Positions 43,718 through 54,267 are shown, numbered from the stretch's first letter. The stretch is DNA of 64,000 nt from Syntrophales bacterium (GCA_963666365.2 CAXXNF010000002.1:544001-608000), one strand, 5' to 3'. The notes: generated by a model not told the origin, from the letters alone. Numbers and translations: made by a program.

Positions 43718-44638
43718 TTAGTTATGTGCGCGAGCTTGTGAATGCCCTGTTTCGAAGAGATTCCATTCCATTGGTGCCACCGGCGAGAATCCTTTTTCCT
43801 GCATGAGCGCATCGAGATGGACAAGTCCCATGGATACCACATCAAAATCATGCTCGGTGATATCACGGACCCGTTTGACGGTAATCAAATATCTGTTGCA
43901 TTGATCACATACAAATGCGCATTCCTGATCGTTGCTCTCTACAAAGAAATAGGTCGATCCCCCCTCTTTTGATTCGTATTCGCAATAGGGGCATAGGATA
44001 CGATTGAATCGCCATTGGTGTCCGCACTGGGAGCAATGAAGCCATCGTTCGGTAATTTTATCTTTAATGACCGCAATGCCGGGAAAGGCCCCGCACACGG
44101 GGCAATAACCCTTGTCCCAGGTAAATTCGCCCAGGAGGCTTATGGCTTTTTTCGCCTTTGCTTCCAGGACCGGCCTGAGTGTGCTCTTCAGGAACAAGTG
44201 AAGCGCTTCCGGTCTTATATCAATCACTGTCGCCCAGTTTAATGCAATCTCATCGTTAAGTTCAGGAAAGGGGGTAAAGTAGTCTTTAAGCGTCAGTGTT
44301 CCTTTCTTGATCGCCTGTTCTATTTTTTTCAGTTCACCCTTGAGAGCGGGGAAACCCTCTATAATTGCAGGAATCATGGTAAGGGCGATCTTTTTCCATT
44401 GTTCGTCGGGATACACAAGTGTCACTTGGGTGCACAGGGGCGTTCCCCCCTTCAGGTGGACCATGTCGACGGATGCTACATCCAGATTCGCGGAGATTCC
44501 GCCCTCGACAAGTCGCTTTTTTTCCCGCAGAATGCTGCGAAAGGCATGGAAAATATTTTTGTTGTGGGGATGTTTCTGGATTGCTTCCTCTATCTGTTCG
44601 TTCAGTCTTGAAACTGCTTCGCTGCCTTTTTTCATCAT
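43718..44638 (-). CDS. fdhE: Formate dehydrogenase accessory protein FdhE
   Basis: CPVCG, LHCSQCGHQW, CPYC, CDQCNRY, LDALMQEKGF. Confidence 0.9.
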   Translation of the reverse strand: MMKKGSEAVSRLNEQIEEAIQKHPHNKNIFHAFRSILREKKRLVEGGISANLDVASVDMVHLKGGTPLCTQVTLVYPDEQWKKIALTMIPAIIEGFPALKGELKKIEQAIKKGTLTLKDYFTPFPELNDEIALNWATVIDIRPEALHLFLKSTLRPVLEAKAKKAISLLGEFTWDKGYCPVCGAFPGIAVIKDKITERWLHCSQCGHQWRFNRILCPYCEYESKEGGSTYFFVESNDQECAFVCDQCNRYLITVKRVRDITEHDFDVVSMGLVHLDALMQEKGFSPVAPMEWNLFETGHSQARAHN

Positions 44639-44688
44639 GTGATTCCTTTATAGAGTTCGTCAGACCTTTCGGGTCCTCGCATTCGTTC

Positions 44689-44702
44689 TGTCATTTATGA
44701 CA
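44689..44702. promoter_or_regulatory. Palindromic operator upstream of fdhE
   Basis: TGTCATTTATGACA (TGTCA-N4-TGACA). Confidence 0.55.
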
Positions 44703-44867
44703 TAGTCACGCCTGCCCTGATACACTACTTAAAAAAGGGAAGTCAAGGGATAAAAAGGAGTTCTATGTTCTACGTTGAAAATGTTGCAATATCCAGTTCC
44801 GGATAATCAAGGACCCGGCAGAAAGAGGGGAAGACATATTGGCGGACAGATGTTAATATCGAGCCTT

Positions 44868-44890
44868 GAACATAGAACATAGAACATAGA
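44868..44890. repeat. Heptamer tandem repeat (GAACATA)x3
   Basis: Read directly; an inverted copy TTCTATGTTCTA lies at 44761-44772. Confidence 0.75.
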
Positions 44891-44897
44891 GCATGTT

Positions 44898-45353
44898 TTA
44901 CCGGTACTTACCTTCGAAGTAGTCCTTAAGGATTTCCCGGTGATCGAACATGATCGGTTCAGGAAGGCTGTCGCGGGTGAAGAGGCCGATTTCGACTGCG
45001 TCGTCGGCTGCTCGGGGAATTCCTGCCGCCTTGGCGATGAAGACGGTCGATATGGTGTGCTGCCGCGGATCGCGATCGGAGCGGGAATAGGTGTGCATCT
45101 GACCGAGAAGGGTGACGTCTAACGATGTTTCTTCTCTGGCTTCTCGGACGGCGGCTTCTTCCAGAGATTCTCCGTAATCGACAAACCCTCCCGGAATCGC
45201 CCATCCGACCGGCTCGTTTTTTCTCATGATCAGCACAACTCCCTTGTCGGCGATTTCAATGATAATGTCGACGGTAGGCGTCGGGTTTCGATAATATTCA
45301 ATTTCTCCACCGCAGGCGGGGCAGATTCGCTTTCCTAAGACAGCCATGATCAA
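44898..45353 (-). CDS. NUDIX hydrolase with N-terminal zinc ribbon
   Basis: [29 protein letters not shown]udix box, RDPR.H. Confidence 0.92.
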   Translation of the reverse strand: MIMAVLGKRICPACGGEIEYYRNPTPTVDIIIEIADKGVVLIMRKNEPVGWAIPGGFVDYGESLEEAAVREAREETSLDVTLLGQMHTYSRSDRDPRQHTISTVFIAKAAGIPRAADDAVEIGLFTRDSLPEPIMFDHREILKDYFEGKYR

Positions 45354-45539
45354 TCCCTATACGATACAGAAAAAGGGGTTGTAAAGAAGGCGCCATTGAG
45401 TTAACCACCTCTTACAATTGACACACTGCATAAAAGGCACTATAGAGTGATTCACCGCACCATGTCAAGATGGGAATTGCTTGACAATTGAAAGCGAATT
45501 CATTAGCCTAGGCGATCAACATTGGCATATGGGGGAAAT

Positions 45540-45950
45540 ATGGTTGGCGTCGTAGTGATGACTCACGGAAATTTAGGAAGAGAGCTTATTCGAGCTGCCG
45601 AATTGATCAAAGGTGAGCTGAAGGGGGTTATACCCATATCCGTCGATGCCGCAAAAGGGGTTGAAGAGCTCAAAAAAGAGATCGTATCGGCCATCAAAAA
45701 AGCCGACACCGGCAGTGGCGTCCTGATCCTGACAGACCTTTTTGGAGGAACGCCGTCGAACATTTCATTATCCTTTCTTAAAAAAAATAAAGTGGAAGTA
45801 GTGACCGGCGTAAACCTCCCTATGCTGATGAAAGTTCCCGATGTGCGGGAAGATCATGATCTTGCCGAATTTGCCCAATTCATAAAGGAATATGGGGAAA
45901 AGAATATCTATCTGGCAAGCGCCATATTAAACAGAAAAGTCAGCGAATGA
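45540..45950 (+). CDS. PTS mannose/fructose-family EIIA
   Basis: VVMTHG, TDLFGGTPSN, GVNLPML. Confidence 0.92.
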   Translation: MVGVVVMTHGNLGRELIRAAELIKGELKGVIPISVDAAKGVEELKKEIVSAIKKADTGSGVLILTDLFGGTPSNISLSFLKKNKVEVVTGVNLPMLMKVPDVREDHDLAEFAQFIKEYGEKNIYLASAILNRKVSE

Positions 45951-45994
45951 CAGCACCTTTTAGAGAACAATAACGTGGCGGGGCGGGAACGGCC

Positions 45995-46489
45995 GTGGTG
46001 AGAATCGATAATAGACTGGTGCATGGTCAAATTCTTGAATCATGGGTTCCCTTTCTGAGAGCGGCAAAAATTATTGTGGTTAACGATAAGGTGGCGTCCG
46101 ATCTTTTTATGGAATCGGTCATCAAAATGGCTGTTCCTCGGGGGATAGAAGTGTCCGTATACGAAGTGGAGGAGTTCGCGAAAAGCTATGCCGGTTCGAC
46201 GGCGATAGACCGGGAAACGATTATTCTTTTTGCAACTGTCGACGATGTGATGAACGCCTACCGGTGGGGATTCAGGTTCGAAGCCTTGAATATCGGTAAT
46301 GTGGCAAACAGCGGAAGCGACAAACGGTGCGTCATATCGCACATATTCATGAATGCCGCTGAAATAGACGAGTTAATGACGCTCGTAAATAACGGCATTG
46401 ATGTCGAAATCAGAGGGGTGCCCCCTGATAAGCCCGTGCCGTTTTCATCCGCCGTAAAAGAAATGCAGGAGCGGGCCCGTTCGTTTTAG
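45995..46489 (+). CDS. PTS mannose-family EIIB
   Basis: RIDNRLVHGQI, VVND, LNIGN. Confidence 0.9.
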   Translation: MVRIDNRLVHGQILESWVPFLRAAKIIVVNDKVASDLFMESVIKMAVPRGIEVSVYEVEEFAKSYAGSTAIDRETIILFATVDDVMNAYRWGFRFEALNIGNVANSGSDKRCVISHIFMNAAEIDELMTLVNNGIDVEIRGVPPDKPVPFSSAVKEMQERARSF

Positions 46490-46525
46490 GCCAAAGCCCG
46501 TTACGAAGTGGTAAAAGAGACGGTC

Positions 46526-47212
46526 ATGTGGATTTCTTCAGCTGAGGTAGCCCTTTTGGGTGCGTTTTTGTGTCTTGACAGGATCGCCGTTCAGGTCATG
46601 ATCTCGCGGCCTATTGTGGTCGGTCCGATAATCGGCCTTATGCTGCACGACCCTGCGACGGGACTCATCACCGGGGCATTTGTGGAGCTGCTTTGGATCG
46701 ATCATATTCCTCTCGGAAAATATGTGCCTCCCAATGATACCATCGCAGCAGTGTTGATCACGGCCGGTGCAATACTGGCCGGCCATGGATTAGGTGAGGT
46801 GCCGCCGGAGCTTATTGCACTGTCCATTCTGTTATTTGCCCCATTTGCGTACATTGCGAAAGAAATGAACATTCTTCTTTTCAAATCGAATGAGGCGCTT
46901 TCCGCAAGAGTGCATGAAGACGCGCAACGGGGTGATATCCGTGCCATTGCCGCAGCACAATGGCATGGAATGGCAAAAACCTTTCTGACATCGGCGGTGT
47001 GTATCTTTGCGTTTCTGGTAACGGGCGCCTATCTGCTTGCATGGGTCTATCCGCTTCTCCCCATGCGCGCTCTTCGCGCCCTTACGCTGACCTATTGTTT
47101 TATCCCGGTTCTTGGGGTGGCGATTGCACTGAACACGATTAAAATGAGAGGGGCGCTTCCTCTTTTCGCAGGTCTCTTTCTTGTTTTTATGGCAGCCGTA
47201 CATATCTTGTGA
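46526..47212 (+). CDS. PTS mannose-family EIIC
   Basis: LDR..QVMISRPIV, ELLW..PLG..PP; multi-TM. Confidence 0.85.
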   Translation: MWISSAEVALLGAFLCLDRIAVQVMISRPIVVGPIIGLMLHDPATGLITGAFVELLWIDHIPLGKYVPPNDTIAAVLITAGAILAGHGLGEVPPELIALSILLFAPFAYIAKEMNILLFKSNEALSARVHEDAQRGDIRAIAAAQWHGMAKTFLTSAVCIFAFLVTGAYLLAWVYPLLPMRALRALTLTYCFIPVLGVAIALNTIKMRGALPLFAGLFLVFMAAVHIL

Positions 47213-47236
47213 TTCGAACCACAGGGGTCATTACGC

Positions 47237-47749
47237 ATGCTCAGATCCTTTGTAAGAGGTGGCAGAAAGAACAACTGTCCTATCGAAGTCCTTCGGGATA
47301 TGAAAATAGATGATATCGACGGTGTGGTTGAAATCGAGGAAGTTTCTTTTCCCACTCCCTGGACCAGGGGGATGTTTCTCGATGAGATCAATGAAACTCT
47401 CTGTAGTAATCGGGTTGCCGTTATCGACGGAATAATCACGGGCTACAGCTGTTTCGCCATAGTATACGATGAAGTGCACCTTAGAAACATTGCCGTAAGG
47501 GAGAGCTTTCGTCGAAAAGGAGTGGCCTCACGCCTCCTTGACGATATGATTGCCATCGCGGTGGACGAGGGGGCCTTTCTTGCCACCCTCGAGGTCAGGA
47601 GATCGAGTATTCATGCACAGCACCTTTATGAACGGTTCGGATTTCATCAGGCCGGTGTGCGCCCGAAATATTATTCCGATACAAAAGAAGATGCCCTGAT
47701 CATGTGGGCGGATCTGCGAAATAGATGGAACACTCTGAAAGTTGAATGA
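47237..47749 (+). CDS. rimI: Ribosomal protein S18 alanine N-acetyltransferase
   Basis: SFPTPW, NIAV..FRRKG, LEVR.S..A..LY..FGF, RPKYY..EDALIM; alternative start at 47300. Confidence 0.88.
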   Translation: MLRSFVRGGRKNNCPIEVLRDMKIDDIDGVVEIEEVSFPTPWTRGMFLDEINETLCSNRVAVIDGIITGYSCFAIVYDEVHLRNIAVRESFRRKGVASRLLDDMIAIAVDEGAFLATLEVRRSSIHAQHLYERFGFHQAGVRPKYYSDTKEDALIMWADLRNRWNTLKVE

Positions 47750-47758
47750 CGGGAACAG

Positions 47759-48586
47759 ATGAAAAGAAAGCGTACATTTGAAAGGGGCGTTATTCTGGAA
47801 AACAAACGGATTGCCCCGGACCACCATATGATGGAACTGGCACTTCCCGCTGCATTCGAAAGAGCGCAGCCGGGTCAGTTTGTGATGATAAAAATAGGGT
47901 GGGGTGAGAACCCGCTTCTGGCAAGGCCTTTCAGCGTCTATGGCAGGCATTCCTGTAACGGGGTGGAACGCATACAAGTGCTGTATCGCATTGCCGGAAA
48001 GGGAACCGCGCTCCTCGCAAAGCTGAAGGAAGGTGCGACGCTGGGTGTGCTCGGGCCCCTCGGGCATGGCTTTCAATTTCAGCAGACATACCGTAAGGCA
48101 GCCCTCATAGCCGGAGGCGTAGGAATCGCGCCTCTGAACTTCCTGGGTCGGTATATCCGCGAAAATCGGGCCCGCGGTGACTGCGAGGTGACGGGCTATC
48201 TCGGTGCGAGAACGGAGTCCCTGCTGGTAGGGCGCCGAGCGATGGAAGAGGTCTGTGATACTCTTCGGATTGCAACGGACGATGGAAGCCTGGGATATCA
48301 CGGCGTGGTGACGGACCTCGTCGAGAATGATCTGCGCCTGTACGAGGGAACTGACGCCGTCATGTACGCCTGCGGTCCCTATCCTATGTTGCGGGCCATC
48401 GCGAAATTGACGGAAGATCCTGTCCGGCACTGTCAGGTTTCCATGGAAGAACGCATGGCCTGCGGCCTTGGGGCCTGTCTGGGCTGTGCCGTAAAGGTGA
48501 AATTAGGTGGGACATCGCCTCAATACGTGCGGGCCTGTACAGAGGGCCCCGTTTTTGACATGCAGGAAATAGACTGGAATGACTGA
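47759..48586 (+). CDS. pyrK: Dihydroorotate dehydrogenase electron transfer subunit
   Basis: PGQF, RPFS, GPLGHGF, GGVGIAP, CGP, MACGLGACLGC, C.EGPVF. Confidence 0.93.
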   Translation: MKRKRTFERGVILENKRIAPDHHMMELALPAAFERAQPGQFVMIKIGWGENPLLARPFSVYGRHSCNGVERIQVLYRIAGKGTALLAKLKEGATLGVLGPLGHGFQFQQTYRKAALIAGGVGIAPLNFLGRYIRENRARGDCEVTGYLGARTESLLVGRRAMEEVCDTLRIATDDGSLGYHGVVTDLVENDLRLYEGTDAVMYACGPYPMLRAIAKLTEDPVRHCQVSMEERMACGLGACLGCAVKVKLGGTSPQYVRACTEGPVFDMQEIDWND

Positions 48587-49502
48587 CAGGGTACCGAAAT
48601 TGGCCGTTAATGTCGGCGGCCTGACAATAAAAAATCCCGTGATGACAGCCTCAGGCACCTTCGGGTACGGCAGGGAGTACGCCGATTCCGTCGATCTGAA
48701 TAGTCTGGGCGCCCTCATTGTGAAGGGCCTTTCGCTTGAGCGGAAGATAGGGAACAAACCTCCAAGAATCATGGAAACGGCCTCAGGCATGCTCAACGCC
48801 ATCGGGCTGGAAAATGTGGGTGTCAATGCTTTTCGGCAGGACAAGATGCCCTTTCTGAGAACCCTGGATACGGCCGTGATTGCCAACATTTTCGGTGAAA
48901 CACCCGAGCAGTACTCGAAAGTCGCCGAAATCCTCGACGGCGAGAAAGGTATTGCCGCCATCGAGGTAAACATCTCCTGTCCCAATGTGAAAAAAGGCGG
49001 CGTCAATTTCGGTACGGATCCGGAACTCGCCCACGAAGTGACCAGTGCGGTGAGGGAAAAGACGGGACTTCCTATTATCGTGAAACTGACCCCCAATGTT
49101 ACCGACATCAGGGTTATTGCACGACGCGTCGAGGCGGCGGGCGCCGATGCGCTTTCGCTGATCAACACCCTTATGGGCATGGCTGTGGATGTGGACACGA
49201 GGCGTCCCCGCCTCGGCAATATTACGGGGGGGCTTTCCGGGCCCGCGATTAAACCGGTGGCATTGCGCATGGTGTGGGAGACGGTGCAGACAGTGGCAAT
49301 TCCCGTAATCGGGATCGGCGGAATCCTATGCGCCGCCGATGCATTGGAATTTCTCATCGTCGGCGCCAGGGCCATCCAGGTGGGGACGGCCAATTTCATC
49401 AATCCCGCGGCGACCATGGAAATTATCGACGGCATTATCACCTATCTGCACGAACGAGGCATCGATGATATCGGCGACCTCATCGGCACGCTGCGCATTT
49501 AG
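48579..49502 (+). CDS. pyrD: Dihydroorotate dehydrogenase, class 1B catalytic subunit
   Basis: ASGTFGYG, NAIGLEN, NISCPN, KLTPN, GGLSGPAIKP. Confidence 0.95.
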   Translation: MTDRVPKLAVNVGGLTIKNPVMTASGTFGYGREYADSVDLNSLGALIVKGLSLERKIGNKPPRIMETASGMLNAIGLENVGVNAFRQDKMPFLRTLDTAVIANIFGETPEQYSKVAEILDGEKGIAAIEVNISCPNVKKGGVNFGTDPELAHEVTSAVREKTGLPIIVKLTPNVTDIRVIARRVEAAGADALSLINTLMGMAVDVDTRRPRLGNITGGLSGPAIKPVALRMVWETVQTVAIPVIGIGGILCAADALEFLIVGARAIQVGTANFINPAATMEIIDGIITYLHERGIDDIGDLIGTLRI

Positions 49503-49514
49503 GAGGAGCGGTAC

Positions 49515-50195
49515 ATGCCTGACTGGGAAGAAATATACGATGGCATCTATTGTATCGGGGGACCGAACATTTCACAGGCTGAAGACGCCACCGTCTTTCT
49601 CGTCGATTGCGCTGATGAGTTGATTATGATCGATTCCGGCGCCGGCCGGTCGGCGGAACGTATGGAGCACACCGTACGAGCACTGGGGTTCGATCCCCAC
49701 ACCATATCGACGCTGATCCTGACGCACTGCCATATCGATCATATAGGCGGCGCCCCCTATTTTACGGCACGGTTCGGCTGTCGTCTCATCGCCCATGAGC
49801 TTGACGCCGCCGCCATAGAAGCGGGCGATCCCGTGGAGACGGCGGCCCGTATGTACGGAACCGCATTTCCGCCCACTCCTGTCGACAGGCGCATAAAAGG
49901 GGAAGAAGAAATAATCGCTTTCGGCAATCAGGACGTACGTTTCATCCATACGCCGGGCCACACGCCCGGTTCCCTCGCAGTGGTAATCGATCGAAAGGGG
50001 AAGCGCATCCTCTTCGGCCAGGATATTCACGGTCCCTTTTTGAAAGCGTTCCGTTCAAACATCGACGATTGGAAGCAGTCGATGCAAAAACTCCTGGATC
50101 TCGATGCCGATGTCCTCTGCGAAGGGCACTTCGGGATCTTTACGTCGAAAGAAGGGGTGCGGAAGTATATCCAGGGATATTTAAAACAGTATTGA
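49515..50195 (+). CDS. MBL-fold metallo-hydrolase
   Basis: THCHIDHIGG, TPGHTPG, GH. Confidence 0.9.
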   Translation: MPDWEEIYDGIYCIGGPNISQAEDATVFLVDCADELIMIDSGAGRSAERMEHTVRALGFDPHTISTLILTHCHIDHIGGAPYFTARFGCRLIAHELDAAAIEAGDPVETAARMYGTAFPPTPVDRRIKGEEEIIAFGNQDVRFIHTPGHTPGSLAVVIDRKGKRILFGQDIHGPFLKAFRSNIDDWKQSMQKLLDLDADVLCEGHFGIFTSKEGVRKYIQGYLKQY

Positions 50196-50216
50196 AAACT
50201 GAATCAGAGGTTTTTC

Positions 50217-51350
50217 ATGGGAACCGACAATCTTATTTTTCTCGAAATGATGGAGTGGTTCGACGAGACGGGCCTGGAGCTTGTACAACGGCTTCCCGAG
50301 AAAGGGTCGGGGGAGATCAAGTGGGGGGCGCAGCTTATCGTACGTGAAAGTCAGGCGGCCCTGCTTTTCTACAAGGGGAAGTCCTACGAGGCCTTCGGCC
50401 CGGGACGGCACACCCTCACGACAGCGAATATTCCCGTTCTGACGAAGATTCTTTCCATACCATGGGCCATGCAAAGTCCCTTGAGGGCCGAGGTATATTT
50501 CGTCAATATGAAGGTGTTCCCCGATCTCCGCTGGGGAACCAGGGATCCCGTCGCGTTCAGGGATTCGGAACTGGGCCTTGTCAGGCTCAGGGCCTACGGC
50601 GTGTACAACATTCAGGTCGTGCAGCCGTTGCTATTCATCAACAGCCTTGTCGGCACCATGGGCCGCTATTCTACCCGGGAAATCGAGGATTATCTGAAAC
50701 AGGTGATTGTTTCCCGCTTTAACGATCATCTGGGAGAGAATTTGCAGAGTATTTTGGATCTACCCGGGTGCTACGAGGAACTATCTGCGGGTCTTCAAGA
50801 GCGACTCAGGAATGATTTCGGTCGATTCGGGCTGGCCCTGCGCGAACTCTATATCGGTTCTATCTCGCCGCCTCAGGAGGTGCAGCAGGCAATTGACGAC
50901 AAAAGCCGACTGGGCGTCATTCAGGATCTGGACCGGTTGGTAAAAATGAAAGCCGCTATGGCCATGGAAAAGGCAGCCTCTGCCACGGGCGAAGCCGCTG
51001 GAGGCATGGGACTCGGCATGGGACTTATGATTCCGGCCATGTTCGCCGATATGTTCCGCCAGGGGCAGGGGGCGAATCAGCCCCGGGAAATCGAAGAGGG
51101 GCCTCGCTGCCCCGACTGCGGCCATTCCATTCCTCAGAAGGCGAAGTTCTGTCCCCACTGCGGGCATCAGCAGCTGGTCTTTAATCAGTGTGCCGGCTGC
51201 GGGAAAAACCTGCCGCCCAATGCGCGGTTTTGCCCCCGTTGCGGAAGCCCCGTCGACGCAAAACCGCAGCCGAAAATCTGCCCGCGGTGCAAGGCGGAAA
51301 ATCTGCCGGATTCCTACTTTTGCAATGCCTGTGGAGACAAACTCGGGTAA
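50217..51350 (+). CDS. SPFH (YdjI-like) domain protein with C-terminal double zinc ribbons
   Basis: QLIVRESQ, FGPGRHTL.T.N.P, WGT, three CxxC...FCxxCG units. Confidence 0.88.
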   Translation: MGTDNLIFLEMMEWFDETGLELVQRLPEKGSGEIKWGAQLIVRESQAALLFYKGKSYEAFGPGRHTLTTANIPVLTKILSIPWAMQSPLRAEVYFVNMKVFPDLRWGTRDPVAFRDSELGLVRLRAYGVYNIQVVQPLLFINSLVGTMGRYSTREIEDYLKQVIVSRFNDHLGENLQSILDLPGCYEELSAGLQERLRNDFGRFGLALRELYIGSISPPQEVQQAIDDKSRLGVIQDLDRLVKMKAAMAMEKAASATGEAAGGMGLGMGLMIPAMFADMFRQGQGANQPREIEEGPRCPDCGHSIPQKAKFCPHCGHQQLVFNQCAGCGKNLPPNARFCPRCGSPVDAKPQPKICPRCKAENLPDSYFCNACGDKLG

Positions 51351-52574
51351 ATGAACTGTCGGGTAAAGGAACAATGTCCCCAGTGCGGAGCGCCGGTCGA
51401 GTTCGAAGAGACTGCCCGCGTGCTGCAATGTCCCTACTGCGGGATACGGAACATCCTTTACGCCGATGATTGGTTTCATTTCGTTCTTGAGCACGAGCCA
51501 AGGGAAGGAGAACTCTTCCTCGTTCCCTATCTTCGCTTCAGAGGTTCCGTATATGTCTGCCATACGCAAGGAATCAGCCACCGTATCGCGGATCTTGCTC
51601 ACCTTGCCGTGGAGGATCACAGGCTCCCCCCGTCCCTGGGGTTCAGGCCCCAAACTCTGACAATGAATTTTTTCTCCTCGCAATCGTATAAGGGAAAACG
51701 TCTGAAATCCTCTTTCGGAATTTCGGAAGTTCTTAATAGGGCAGGGCGGCAGGGGATGGGCGCCCAATTGCGATCGCTTCTTTACCGTACCTATATCGGA
51801 GAGACTCTCAGCTGCATTTATCTTCCCCTCTACCTCAGGGACGGGCGCCTCTTCGACGGTGTGACCGGAGATCCTCTACCCGATTCGGGGGATGTTTCGA
51901 TTCTTGGCCATGCCCCGGAAGATACAAATCCTTGGCACATATCCTTTCTGCCCGCGCTGTGTCCGCGTTGCGGGTGGAATCTTGAAGGCGAACAGGAAAG
52001 CGTGATCCTGACCTGCAGCAATTGTGACTCTGCCTGGGAGACCAGCGGCGGTACACTGCATCGGATACCCTTTGAAACGGCGACGATTGAGGGCAAGGCG
52101 GTCTATCTTCCCTTCTGGAAGATAAAAACGTTTTCACCGATGGCAGGGATTTATTCCTACGCCGATTTTATACGGGTGACGAACCAGCCCAGGGTGGAGA
52201 GAGAGGAATGGAAATCGCAGGATTTCTATTCCTGGATTCCCGCCTTCAAAATACGGCCGGGGATGTTTCTGAAGCTGGCGCGTCGGTTTACGGTGGAACA
52301 GGCGATACAGGGGACGAAAGCAGTGATGCCGTCCCAGGGAGGACACTCCGTGACGCTTCCCCTAAGCGAGGCCATGCAAAGTGTCAGGGTGGTCTTTGCC
52401 GAAGCGATGCGGGCGAAAAGGGCACTCGAAGAAATTCTGCCCAAAGCCGACTTCTGCATGGGTCCATCGACGCTGGTATACCTGCCCTTTCACGAGACGC
52501 CCCATGAACTGATACGGGAAGATCTGGGGATCAGCATACAGAAGACGACGGTAGCGTTGGGCTCACGCCTTTAA
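51351..52574 (+). CDS. Hypothetical protein with two zinc-ribbon motifs, coupled to the SPFH gene
   Basis: CPQCG...CPYCG, CPRCG...CSNC, YLPFW; ATG directly follows the upstream TAA. Confidence 0.75.
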   Translation: MNCRVKEQCPQCGAPVEFEETARVLQCPYCGIRNILYADDWFHFVLEHEPREGELFLVPYLRFRGSVYVCHTQGISHRIADLAHLAVEDHRLPPSLGFRPQTLTMNFFSSQSYKGKRLKSSFGISEVLNRAGRQGMGAQLRSLLYRTYIGETLSCIYLPLYLRDGRLFDGVTGDPLPDSGDVSILGHAPEDTNPWHISFLPALCPRCGWNLEGEQESVILTCSNCDSAWETSGGTLHRIPFETATIEGKAVYLPFWKIKTFSPMAGIYSYADFIRVTNQPRVEREEWKSQDFYSWIPAFKIRPGMFLKLARRFTVEQAIQGTKAVMPSQGGHSVTLPLSEAMQSVRVVFAEAMRAKRALEEILPKADFCMGPSTLVYLPFHETPHELIREDLGISIQKTTVALGSRL

Positions 52575-52651
52575 TAAAACCGAGAGAATGCGATTTCCCG
52601 GGTGTTTTTTCCCCTGTTCCGGCAGTATTAGTAAGTACCCGTTCCGTTCCG

Positions 52652-54247
52652 CTATTCTTTGTGCGTTAATACCGTATCGTAAAATGCCGCCAGGTCTCTC
52701 TTGAGTTTTGCATGGGCCGATGGGTATGTGTACATCATATGCCCGCCCTCATACGTGTGTACATGGATATTATGTAAACGCTCCGGCGGTACATCAAGAT
52801 GATTGAGGGCATAAACGGTGGCATCGTGGATGCAGGCCATGTCGAACATCCCGATAGCCACGAATATCCGGAGGAGTGTGTTGTTCCGAATTGCACGGGC
52901 GAGTCTCGTGGCCGTTTCCGGATATCCCATTTTTGTGTCTTCCGCACCGCCGCTTCTTGCGCCGGAGAGCCAATCCCATGAAGGTGCGGCATTTTCGTTG
53001 ATGGTGTTGTAGGGGACTAGTGTCTTGAATTGCAGTTCTCTGCCGAGATATGCGCTAAAGGCGGTAACCACCGGTCCCTCGATGTGGTTCATCTGACTGT
53101 CGTCGGCAAAGTAGCTGCCGATACAGGGACCGGCTATCCGGCTGTCATAGTAACTGAGGCACCGGCGGGTATCGCCGAGCAGATGCGAGAGAAAGATCCG
53201 CATCGGTACCCTGAGGTTGTGTGACAGAATCAGATCGGCAGGCAACCCGATATAGCGGGAAATGCGCTTTGCGATCTCTTTGCGGTTATACTCGGAGAGG
53301 GTGTTTCCCTTCCAGAGGGCCTCTGCATATTCGGTTTCACTCCACTCACGCACTTCCGCCAACATCATATCCATGGATAGGGCCCGCAATTTCGGATCGA
53401 TCTTCTGATGATACCATGCGGCCGTTGCCATTTCCGGGAGACTGAGGATATGGGGCACATCGAGTCCCAACTGGTACATGAGCGTCGCATAGGTCAGGGC
53501 AGGAGAAATAAAAATCAGCCCCCGGGGATAGATGCCCGTTTCCTGCAGCCAGTGGGCAAGACCGGCTGTCCGAATTCCTCCGTAACTTTCACCGGCGATA
53601 AAAACGGGAGAACTCCACCGTCCGTTGTCGCTCAGATACATTCGTATGAACTGCCCTACCGATTGTATATCCTCCGCCACACCCCAGAATTTATTCGCGT
53701 CATCGGGAGGGAGCGAGTAGCTGAACCCCGTGCCCACGGGATCTATAAACACAAGGTCGGTACGGTCGAGAAGGGTGTGGCCATTGTCCTTTGCTTTGTA
53801 GGGGGGCGTGGGGATGTGAAGGCCGTCGCCGAAGGATACCGTTTTTGGACCGAAGGCGCCCATATGAAGCCAGATGGAAGATGAGCCGGGGCCGCCGTTA
53901 TAGCAGAAGGTAAGCGGACGCTGTACCGGGTCCGAGACGTCTTTTTTTGTATAGGCCACATAGAAAAAGCGCGCTTTTTCAACACCTTTGTCGTCGTAGA
54001 AGGGCATGAATCCCGCCGTTGCGCTATAGGATATTTCCTTGTCATCAAGACATATTTGATGGGACGTTATTACGGGGTTTGGCGGAAAGAGCGTGCCGAG
54101 CATATTCTTTTGACCCGATGCCGTCTCCGAAGATGCGGTGGAGGGGCACTCCGATTTATCACAAAAAGCGGGAGCACCGATCACAAGGCAACATACACAT
54201 ATAAGTGCCGGTATAACTACAAACTTGCCGTTTGTTTTTGATTTCAT
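52652..54247 (-). CDS. S10 family serine carboxypeptidase, secreted
   Basis: NGGPGSSS, IDPVGTGFS, GESYG, YEGGHMMY; signal peptide. Confidence 0.92.
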   Translation of the reverse strand: MKSKTNGKFVVIPALICVCCLVIGAPAFCDKSECPSTASSETASGQKNMLGTLFPPNPVITSHQICLDDKEISYSATAGFMPFYDDKGVEKARFFYVAYTKKDVSDPVQRPLTFCYNGGPGSSSIWLHMGAFGPKTVSFGDGLHIPTPPYKAKDNGHTLLDRTDLVFIDPVGTGFSYSLPPDDANKFWGVAEDIQSVGQFIRMYLSDNGRWSSPVFIAGESYGGIRTAGLAHWLQETGIYPRGLIFISPALTYATLMYQLGLDVPHILSLPEMATAAWYHQKIDPKLRALSMDMMLAEVREWSETEYAEALWKGNTLSEYNRKEIAKRISRYIGLPADLILSHNLRVPMRIFLSHLLGDTRRCLSYYDSRIAGPCIGSYFADDSQMNHIEGPVVTAFSAYLGRELQFKTLVPYNTINENAAPSWDWLSGARSGGAEDTKMGYPETATRLARAIRNNTLLRIFVAIGMFDMACIHDATVYALNHLDVPPERLHNIHVHTYEGGHMMYTYPSAHAKLKRDLAAFYDTVLTHKE

Positions 54248-54267
54248 GCTGAGCCCCCTCTTCTCTT

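Noticed and set aside
44761..44890. GAACATA heptamers with an inverted copy as the ends of a MITE
   Set aside because: The match is only 12 nt, with no target duplication and no second element in the window.
47210..47239. The TGA stop of PTS IIC is in frame with rimI with no stop between (possible Sec readthrough)
   Set aside because: Both are complete, unrelated families, there is no redox motif at the junction and no obvious SECIS; the shared frame is probably chance.
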